Shown: piece after piece, positions 57,495-64,000 of the stretch
Numbering within the stretch: position 1 is the stretch's first letter
Layout of the letters: the number at the start of each line of letters is the position of its first letter
Sequence record: AP017925.1
Direction: 5' to 3' (one strand)
DNA length: 64,000 nt
Position numbers and translations under genes: made by a program
Notes under the pieces: generated by a model
Told to the model about the DNA's origin: nothing
The model's database searches: none
Seen by the model: only the letters and a program-made list of their open reading frames with translations

Positions 57495-58823
57495 ATGAAC
57501 AAGCGTGAGTTTTATCTCAAAGCTCTAGCCTCCGAGGCTTACCTCGTGACGGCCTGGAACATTGCTTGCTTCAGTCTGATTGCCGAAGGGCCGGAAGACT
57601 GGAAAGCCAAGCCCTATCCGTATCGACTGGTGCAACTCCCCAACGCGCACTACTTCGTCGATCCTGAAGACACCACCAAACTGGTGTTGATCGAAGACAG
57701 CACACCCGGCAAACCACTCTTTGTCCGCAATGAGCTGGTGCAGCTTGAACCCGGCGATATGCCGAACGTGTTTGCTCCGATTACCACCACGTACGGTAAC
57801 GTGCTGGCCAACCAGATCATGCTGGTGCGTCCGTTCGGTGGGAAGATCGGTTTTATGACTGGCCGTATCTCGACCAAGAAGATCGAGAAGATCATCGAGA
57901 TGCGGTTGCAGGATCGTCCGGCGGCTGAACTGGTAGATGGCAATCAGCCCGAACCAGATTTGGCACTGGCCCCGATCTACGTAGATGAGTATCAGCGCTA
58001 CTGCGACGGAGCTTTCTCACTGGTAGCCTATACCCAGCTGTTCACTCCAGCCGATACCCGCAAGACCATGACACCGCCACCGGGTATCAAGCAACTGCGT
58101 GATATGCTGGTCAAGCAGAACGCTGGTCACCTGCATGACCGTGCTGTGGTGGCTGAGATCGCCGAGAAACTCCAAAAGGTCGATGCTGACTACCTGAAGG
58201 GCGATCGTGGTGAAGACTTCCTGACTTCTGACAAGTCCCGCAAGATCGTGCGCTCACGTCTGTTCCTGATGTACGGTGCGGAAACCGGCATTGAAGAAAA
58301 GGTGGACGTGGATCTGATCGAACGCTCACTCACGGAAGGCTGGGACGTTAACAAGTTCCCGACCATGAACAATGCTCTGCGTGCAGGCTCGTTCAACCGT
58401 GGTAAGCAAACCGAGCTGGGTGGCGAAGCTGTGAAGGATCTGTTCAGAGCTTCGGGTAACCTGAAGATCTCCAGTCCTGACTGTGGCTCCACCGTAGGTC
58501 TGCCTTCCTTCTTCACTGAACAAGACGCTGAACGCATCATCGGCTTCAGTGTGATTGAAGAAGGTGGCCCGACCAAGATCACGCATGACAACGTCGGTAA
58601 GTATCTGGGCAAAGCAATTTCGCTCCGTTCTCCGATGACCTGCAAGAACAGTCACACTGACTACTGTGCAGTGTGTCTGGGTGATCGTCTGGCTAACACT
58701 CCGACTGGTCTGTCGATGGCTGTGGCTGATTATGGTTCTGCCTTCTTGGCGATCTACATGTCTGCCGCTCACTCGAAAGGTATTCAGGTAGCACGTCTGA
58801 ATATCAAAGACCAGCTGATGTAG
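57495..58823 (+). CDS. split RNA polymerase beta-prime middle subunit, virion RNAP type (phiKZ gp80-like)
   Basis: Bridge-helix-like GSFNRGKQTELGG and Zn site DCGS...RSPMTC...CAVCLG as in the beta-prime C-terminal Zn domain. Confidence 0.85.
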   Translation: MNKREFYLKALASEAYLVTAWNIACFSLIAEGPEDWKAKPYPYRLVQLPNAHYFVDPEDTTKLVLIEDSTPGKPLFVRNELVQLEPGDMPNVFAPITTTYGNVLANQIMLVRPFGGKIGFMTGRISTKKIEKIIEMRLQDRPAAELVDGNQPEPDLALAPIYVDEYQRYCDGAFSLVAYTQLFTPADTRKTMTPPPGIKQLRDMLVKQNAGHLHDRAVVAEIAEKLQKVDADYLKGDRGEDFLTSDKSRKIVRSRLFLMYGAETGIEEKVDVDLIERSLTEGWDVNKFPTMNNALRAGSFNRGKQTELGGEAVKDLFRASGNLKISSPDCGSTVGLPSFFTEQDAERIIGFSVIEEGGPTKITHDNVGKYLGKAISLRSPMTCKNSHTDYCAVCLGDRLANTPTGLSMAVADYGSAFLAIYMSAAHSKGIQVARLNIKDQLM

Positions 58824-58853
58824 GGCAAAAAAAAAATAGCAAGATAGGCTAGG

Positions 58854-58889
58854 CTAGAGTACCCCTTCCGGGGTACTCTAGTTATGCCG
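58854..58889. terminator. hairpin + TTATGCCG with upstream A10
   Basis: CTAGAGTACCCC-TTCC-GGGGTACTCTAG; convergent genes. Confidence 0.85.
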
Positions 58890-58912
58890 CTTTATTTAGA
58901 ATTAGTTAGTTA

Positions 58913-59083
58913 TTAAACACCACCGCAGTCCGGACAGCAATCATAACCTACTGCACCAGGTCCATACATTTCTTCGTACGGGATCAAGGGCTTGGTTGAA
59001 CCACAATACCCACACCGGTATTGGTAGACGGTATCCGTTTCTTTTTCCAAAGATGTTTCTTTTGTTTCGTGGTTCGTGCACAT
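58913..59083 (-). CDS. small Zn-ribbon protein, 56 aa (below the ORF-track cutoff)
   Basis: Manual translation MCTNHETKE...YRCGYCGS...DCCPDCGGV; AGGAAGG RBS. Confidence 0.75.
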   Translation of the reverse strand: MCTNHETKETSLEKETDTVYQYRCGYCGSTKPLIPYEEMYGPGAVGYDCCPDCGGV

Positions 59084-59146
59084 GCTGGTTCCCTTCCTAT
59101 TTAGAATTAGAATTTAAACCATATCCGTTTATGGTTCACACTGAGT

Positions 59147-59172
59147 ATATGTGGTTGAAATAAATTTCATTT
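59147..59172 (-). promoter_or_regulatory. putative phage promoter AAATGA-N-TTTCAACCACATAT
   Basis: Second copy of the motif at 22332. Confidence 0.55.
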
Positions 59173-59175
59173 AAC

Positions 59176-59204
59176 CGGCATAAAGGGAGGGCCGAAGCCC
59201 TCCC
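59176..59204 (-). terminator. hairpin + TTTATGCCG
   Basis: GGGAGGGC-TTCG-GCCCTCCC then TTTATGCCG. Confidence 0.85.
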
Positions 59205-59212
59205 CTCGTTAC

Positions 59213-59779
59213 TTAGTACGGAAAATCAGCCTTCTTGATCTTCACCATGCGACCATCAGCGTGATGCCACACGATGCCCTCAATCGGCTTATCACTCAGG
59301 TAGTCCATCAGTTCATTAAAGCTGCGCGGGCAATCCACCAGCACGTCTTCTCCGTGAGGCACTAGCACGTGTTCAGTGAGTTGCTCCGGATTGGCTCCAT
59401 GACGAGTACCAATCTTCGGACCACACACTTCATACGTCCCGTCAGGCACGCCTTGCGGATACCTAGAGACCGCTTTGTCGATCGCTTCACGGATATAAAC
59501 GGAGTCAGGACCAGTAGCAGGCACCCAACCCGGCCAGTGTCCACTGATAGGGTCCGGATTAGGCTGAGCAGGAACAAAGTCTAGAGGCGGAGTACGCCCA
59601 GTCTTTGCATCGTAACGCTTAAACACATTACCTGCCTTAACCATAACAGCTACGCCATCCCACTTACGAGTAGCACAGCCTTCCCCTTCCTGTACCCATT
59701 CTGCACCAGCACAGACTTCGTCACGAACTTTACGGTTACCTTCGTAGTTACGCTGAAACAGCGAAATGATTTTCTTCAC
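59213..59779 (-). CDS. DUF5565/RLIG1-like ATP-dependent RNA ligase
   Basis: GTG start (MKKIISLFQRNY); motif I ATRKWDG, YEVCGP, EGIVW, KIK nucleotidyltransferase motifs. Confidence 0.75.
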   Translation of the reverse strand: MKKIISLFQRNYEGNRKVRDEVCAGAEWVQEGEGCATRKWDGVAVMVKAGNVFKRYDAKTGRTPPLDFVPAQPNPDPISGHWPGWVPATGPDSVYIREAIDKAVSRYPQGVPDGTYEVCGPKIGTRHGANPEQLTEHVLVPHGEDVLVDCPRSFNELMDYLSDKPIEGIVWHHADGRMVKIKKADFPY

Positions 59780-59908
59780 GATACTTCCTTCGGTAGGTTT
59801 CGATAATTTTTCGAATCCCATCTCCACCACCGAAGTTACTTCTACTGCTACTGCCAGCATAAGCGAGAGGTTTCCCTCCCGCCTACGGTTAGGTTGTTTG
59901 GTCATTGC

Positions 59909-59990
59909 TTTCTGAGGGAGGATTCGAACCTCCAATTTTGGTCTGAGACCGGACCCAACGACAGGCCGACTGTGTTGCTGCGTCCGAGAA
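59909..59990 (-). tRNA. degenerate tRNA-like element (pseudo-tRNA; anticodon not assignable)
   Basis: Perfect T arm GGAGG-TTCGAAT-CCTCC; acceptor TTCTCGG/CTCAGAA with one mismatch; D stem GCAG/CTGT; aberrant anticodon arm; no CCA. Confidence 0.45.
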
Positions 59991-60145
59991 CGCAACCCTT
60001 GCTAGAATTCACAGCCCTGCAGATTTCCTCTTCCAGCCCTAAGGCGTTCAAGTACAGTCCACGTGTATACCAATTCCACCACTCATCAACCTAACGGAGA
60101 GACCTACGGTTTCTCCCTATCAAATTAACCAACCCTGTAAAAAAG

Positions 60146-60445
60146 TTACATACTGGTCAAGATCTTCTCCGACAGCACCACGACCGGAGAATACATCTTG
60201 AGTGTCTTCTCATGGTCATTCCCTTCTTCGAGCTTCAGCTCGCTCAAGGTGTACTCGTTCTCGACCATGACCTCGACGTGGTCTTGCAACAGGTCTTTGA
60301 TCATGGAGAGAATAGCAGTCTTGCCACTACCGATCTTTCCTTCGATCGTGATCTTTACAATCGGCTTAGCATTGCCAGCCAACAGCACGTCATCAGCAAG
60401 ACTGATGACAGGAGTCTGACGAACTGCGGGTTCTTGATTCTGCAT
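60146..60445 (-). CDS. small P-loop-containing hypothetical protein
   Basis: ITIEGKIGSGKT; AAAGGAG RBS. Confidence 0.75.
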   Translation of the reverse strand: MQNQEPAVRQTPVISLADDVLLAGNAKPIVKITIEGKIGSGKTAILSMIKDLLQDHVEVMVENEYTLSELKLEEGNDHEKTLKMYSPVVVLSEKILTSM

Positions 60446-60748
60446 GGTGTTCTCCTTTACGGTGTGGTGAATACTAATAACTTAGTCTCGTAGTAAAAAT
60501 TGCATGTCTCGTAAGTTATTGATTATAATAGAGATAGTGGGTCGACTCCTTAACGATGGCTTGGTTTCTGTGAAAATTACAGAACACTTTAATCTCATGC
60601 GAGTGCGTAATATCGCTCGTGGGGTTGGTGCGAAATGCACGCCAGAGGCGTGGGCTTTATTAAGCTTATATACAAGAGGGGTCATCCTTCTTATAGACAC
60701 TGGCAGGAGTCAGTGCTCCTTAGCTATTCACTACTGACGGAGGAAGAC

Positions 60749-60973
60749 ATGGGCTGTGCAGAGATCATGGAGTCGACTACGCTAGAAGAGGAGGAGTGTC
60801 TCGCTATCCTCTATCCGTGGCAGTGTTGGTCGAAGGGAATGACTCAGTATGAAGAGTTTCGTTCTCTGGAAGAGATGGCGAAAGCCAAGGCTCTGAGTGT
60901 GGACGTGATCATGGATGCCATTGCAAGCAACAAGGGCAATCTGGATGACCTGCACTTCGTGAAGCGTGCTTAA
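60749..60973 (+). CDS. hypothetical protein
   Basis: ATG after GGAGG; ends at the hairpin-TTTATGCCG element. Confidence 0.65.
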   Translation: MGCAEIMESTTLEEEECLAILYPWQCWSKGMTQYEEFRSLEEMAKAKALSVDVIMDAIASNKGNLDDLHFVKRA

Positions 60974-60976
60974 GTC

Positions 60977-61011
60977 GACGAGGGTGGGTGACGCCACTCT
61001 CGTTTATGCCG
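60977..61011 (+). terminator. hairpin + TTTATGCCG
   Basis: ACGAGGGTGG-GTGACG-CCACTCTCGT then TTATGCCG. Confidence 0.75.
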
Positions 61012-61068
61012 CCTATTAGTTGGAGTGACCTATTGTCCTCTCTTCCATCAACCATCGAGATAAAACTC

Positions 61069-61428
61069 ATGTTTAGCTTCCTTCACTTTACCTTCCCTGT
61101 GTTGTTGTTCATCCTGATCGCTGGTCACTGCTTTGGTGACTTTGTGTTCCAAGGCGACTTCATGGCCAAGACCAAGAACCACAAGCTGGAACCTGATCCA
61201 TGCTTCTGGGTGCCGGTACTGCTTGCTCACTGCATGGTGCATGCACTTCTGGTGCTCCTGATCACTGGTGTGTTCTGGACAGCTATCGTCATGCTGGTAA
61301 CTCACATCCTGATCGACTTTGCCAAGTGTCAAGGTTGGTTGGGTAAGGGAGGTTTGGCCTTCTTGGCTGACCAATTGCTGCATCTGTTCGTGGTGATTAT
61401 GATCGCTGTGCAACTTACGCTGTTATAA
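61069..61428 (+). CDS. DUF3307-like membrane protein
   Basis: GHCFGDFVFQ, AHCMVH, THILIDFAK, DQLLH His/Asp pattern. Confidence 0.85.
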   Translation: MFSFLHFTFPVLLFILIAGHCFGDFVFQGDFMAKTKNHKLEPDPCFWVPVLLAHCMVHALLVLLITGVFWTAIVMLVTHILIDFAKCQGWLGKGGLAFLADQLLHLFVVIMIAVQLTLL

Positions 61429-61538
61429 TAGCTGTTGCAGCCCTTTTAAAGGCCCTAGGAGCGTTTGTTACGCTCCTAGAGTAACTTTGTATGTGGCGCA
61501 GGTAGTCACGCTCTAAAGGGCTTTTATAAGGAGTTACC

Positions 61539-62009
61539 GTGAGTTGGCAATGCAAGCTGATTCCCATCGTAGGGACTAAGCACGTCCGGTTTGATCCGCC
61601 GAAAGACAACTGTATCGTTGGCAAGACGTTCTTGGTGCATGAGAACGGAGAGCTACTCGATCACAAAGAGCTAGAACCGGGATCGATGTTCTTCGTACCG
61701 GAGAACGCAGACATGAATGAGTGGCCTTGGTATCTGGCCACTCCGGACAACATCAGCGATCTGTACAAAGAAGTCCGTCCGTTGTTCGTGGTATTGCCTG
61801 ACCAGTCCTTGTTTCTGGTGCATGGCAAGTGCTGGTCGAATGGCCAAAAGTATGGTGGCTGGACGGTGACTGGTGAAGCACCAGAGATCACTGTTCATCC
61901 GTCGATCAATCTGGTCGGCTTCTATCATGGCTGGATTCATAACGGCATCGTGTCGGATGATTGCGAAGGACGGCAGTTTCCTCCTAAGCTGATAGACGCC
62001 TCAGCATAA
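61539..62009 (+). CDS. hypothetical protein with C-terminal DUF6527-like domain
   Basis: GTG after AAGGAG; WTVTGEAPEITVHPSI...YHGWIHNG. Confidence 0.7.
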   Translation: MSWQCKLIPIVGTKHVRFDPPKDNCIVGKTFLVHENGELLDHKELEPGSMFFVPENADMNEWPWYLATPDNISDLYKEVRPLFVVLPDQSLFLVHGKCWSNGQKYGGWTVTGEAPEITVHPSINLVGFYHGWIHNGIVSDDCEGRQFPPKLIDASA

Positions 62010-62082
62010 CCCTATTGTGTGCTTGAGGGTTTGTCCATCCAAACTCAATTTCCACCTCTTTTATTTCTTGGAGTTTTATTCC

Positions 62083-62859
62083 ATGTCGACCCTGAACACC
62101 AAAGCTGGTGCTACCCAGCTGCAAGAAGACATCGCTGCTGAAGACGCAGCTGCGCAACAGCAAGAAACCACCACTCCGGTGCAAGAACAGACCGGTACGA
62201 GTGACCAGACCGGTCAAGAGCAAACTGCTCAAAGCACCGAAGGCGCTACTGGTGAGCAAGAAAGCGCTGGTGAACAACAGCAACAGGAAGAGCAAGACAT
62301 CATCACTCAACCCGTCGCTGTAGAACCGACTGCTCCTGTGGCCAAGTCTGCTCCGGCGGTCGTGGTGATGGAAGCTGCTGCACCGGTGGCTGCTGATGCT
62401 GCCCTGCATGAAAAGCTGGCCGGCATCCTGAAGGACGTGCCGGCGGCACATCAGACCGACATCGGTCGCATCCTGACCTACTTGGAGCGCATGGCTCCGA
62501 AGCGTCCGGTGGATGTGAAATCCGGCGTGACCGAACAGGTTGCTCTGTACAAGGCCATCCAGAACATCATCAACCGCCAGGGTGATTATTTCACTCAGCT
62601 GTTCTCGGCCTTGCTGTTCATCTTCAAGAGCGAAGCCCGAGGTGCGCTGAGCGATCGTTATCGTTGCCGCTTCATGGACAACATCACGCTGGCTGTCGGT
62701 GACCGCAAGGCCTTTGTCAACCTGACCCAGATGCTGGCGATCCTGGCTGATCCGAAGAGCCGTGAACTGGCCATGAAACAAGTGCATATGGAGCGCGCAC
62801 TGGAAAATGGTCTGACCGTCGAAGGCCGCACTCGCGTGTTGCACTACTTCGGCGTGTAA
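62083..62859 (+). CDS. conserved hypothetical protein with disordered Q/E/T-rich N-terminus
   Basis: Start MSTLN at 62083 after GGAG; helical C-terminal domain. Confidence 0.8.
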   Translation: MSTLNTKAGATQLQEDIAAEDAAAQQQETTTPVQEQTGTSDQTGQEQTAQSTEGATGEQESAGEQQQQEEQDIITQPVAVEPTAPVAKSAPAVVVMEAAAPVAADAALHEKLAGILKDVPAAHQTDIGRILTYLERMAPKRPVDVKSGVTEQVALYKAIQNIINRQGDYFTQLFSALLFIFKSEARGALSDRYRCRFMDNITLAVGDRKAFVNLTQMLAILADPKSRELAMKQVHMERALENGLTVEGRTRVLHYFGV

Positions 62860-62950
62860 GCACATCTCGAAGTAAGTTTCATATCCTCCCTTCTACCCTC
62901 CCACAAAGAGGGTGGAAGGGGTTTATGTCTGTAATAAAGGAATAGTAAAG

Positions 62951-63796
62951 ATGGACATGTCTAAGGTAAGCAAGTCCGACGTCGCGCAACTGCAACGTGC
63001 TCTGCGTGAGAATGTAGCACCTTCCCTTAACCCGGATGGTGTATGGGGTAATGCCAGCGTCGCTGCATTTGCGCAATTCGCTCAAACAACCGGTACGGAC
63101 GAAGCAGGTGCAATGGCGCTGTTGCACAAGTACGCAGATCTGCGCTATGTGAACGATGACGCCTATGCTCAAGCAGCCAAGGCGCTGGGTGTACCACAGA
63201 GTTACGTGCGTGCCATTCAGCAAGTGGAAACTACGGGCTCCTCGTTCCTGCCAGATGGCCGAGTGAAGATCCTCTTTGAGCGGCAATGGTTCTACCAGAA
63301 GCTCAAGGGTGCTATCGCTTCGAACGCTGCTACGCGCGCTAACGTAGCAGCCAAGCTGAAATCCACCGCTACTGACGTTGCCACGCTGATGACCCAGATG
63401 GTGCAACAGTTCGGTGACATCTGCAATCCGGTGCGTGGTGGTTACCAAGGCGGTGCCGCTGAGTGGGATCGTCTGAACAAGGCAATGGACTTCGACGTTG
63501 AGTCTGGTGCTCAGGCCGCCAGTTACGGTGGCTACCAGCTGATGGGCTTCAACTACAAGGGCTGTGGTTACAGCTCCGGTAAAGCCATGATGCTGGCGCT
63601 GGCTGCTTCGGAATCGTGCCAGTTCTTGGCGATGATTTCGTTCATCAAGTCGAACCCCAATCTCTGGAGTTCGTTCAAGGCTGCAAACTGGGCTGCTTTT
63701 GCTGAGGGCTACAACGGCTCCCAGTACAAGCAGAACAACTACGACACCAAGCTGGCCTCGGCAGAGCAGTCTTCACGTTCGTACAACGTCGCTTAG
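62951..63796 (+). CDS. modular endolysin: peptidoglycan-binding domain + N-acetylmuramidase (DUF3380/Muramidase family)
   Basis: LQRAL...DGVWG PG-binding motif; VET..., KILFERQWF, SYGGYQLMGFNY, WAAFAEGYNG. Confidence 0.92.
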   Translation: MDMSKVSKSDVAQLQRALRENVAPSLNPDGVWGNASVAAFAQFAQTTGTDEAGAMALLHKYADLRYVNDDAYAQAAKALGVPQSYVRAIQQVETTGSSFLPDGRVKILFERQWFYQKLKGAIASNAATRANVAAKLKSTATDVATLMTQMVQQFGDICNPVRGGYQGGAAEWDRLNKAMDFDVESGAQAASYGGYQLMGFNYKGCGYSSGKAMMLALAASESCQFLAMISFIKSNPNLWSSFKAANWAAFAEGYNGSQYKQNNYDTKLASAEQSSRSYNVA

Positions 63797-63812
63797 CAGC
63801 AAAAAAAAACAG

Positions 63813-63859
63813 CAGCATAAGCGAGAGTACCCCGAAGGGTACTCTCGCTCTTTATGCCG
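63813..63859. terminator. bidirectional GCATAA-hairpin-TTATGC element
   Basis: GCGAGAGTACCC-CGAA-GGGTACTCTCGC flanked by both half-motifs; A9 upstream. Confidence 0.85.
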
Positions 63860-63862
63860 TTA

Positions 63863-64000
63863 TTACTTCCACGAACCACCGCGCTGCGGCACCAGTGCTT
63901 CCAGTTCTTGCACCAGCCGGCGCGAGAAGGAAGACGACAGGCTCGACAGGCTGAACCAGCGCGGGTTAGCCGGATCGGTATCGGATGCACCGACCATGTA
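63863..64000 (-). CDS. 3' end of a gene entering from outside the window
   Basis: Open frame ...YMVGASDTDPANPRWFSL...GGSWK stop, ending at the terminator. Confidence 0.65.
   Translation of the reverse strand, partial: YMVGASDTDPANPRWFSLSSLSSSFSRRLVQELEALVPQRGGSWK

Noticed and set aside
50122-58823. Introns or inteins in the DNA polymerase or RNAP subunits
   Set aside because: Both ORFs are continuous, with no intein terminal motifs or LAGLIDADG/HNH insertions visible.
58827-58836. Homopolymer tracts (A10 here, A9 at 63801, G9 at 14048) as phase-variation sites
   Set aside because: All are intergenic and adjacent to terminator stems; they are explained as U tracts or stem arms.
59909-59990. 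Selenocysteine or opal-suppressor tRNA (TCA in a hairpin loop)
   Set aside because: No long variable arm, no 8-bp acceptor stem, no U33 in a 7-nt loop and no CCA; kept only as a tRNA-like element.
59780-59995. N-terminal extension of the ligase ORF to 59995
   Set aside because: It runs through the tRNA-like element; the family-like sequence begins at GTG 59779 (MKKIISLF).

Overview
A 64-kb segment of a phiKZ-like, nucleus-forming-type jumbo myophage (Chimalliviridae-like), GC-rich and mostly transcribed on the minus strand. The assignment rests on a split family-B DNA polymerase subunit, a stand-alone virion-type RNAP beta-prime middle subunit, a tandem array of internal head proteins with A/S-x-E processing motifs and a phiKZ-type TATATTAC motif. 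Layout: (i) 1-22.3 kb is an accessory/early region with an AAA ATPase, an Rnl2-type RNA ligase, a Prs-like plus Nampt-like pair (NARP1 architecture), RtcB, ThyA, Tmk and a cassette of small membrane proteins separated by structured non-coding DNA; (ii) 22.4-50 kb is the virion head/neck/baseplate block; (iii) 50-59 kb holds the DNA polymerase subunit, a dNMP kinase, a thermonuclease, a candidate -1 frameshifted ORF pair and the RNAP subunit; (iv) 59-64 kb holds a third RNA ligase downstream of a tRNA-like element, small genes and a modular muramidase endolysin. The main observations not explained by the gene list are a T-TTT-TTT slippery site that would fuse 53976-55622 with 53536-53976, a recurrent GCATAA-hairpin-TTATGC intergenic element (about 20 copies), several structured ncRNA candidates and a degenerate tRNA-like element. 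phiKZ gene-number equivalences come from recalled synteny and family features, not from searches. No CRISPR array, canonical tRNA, intron or transposase was seen.
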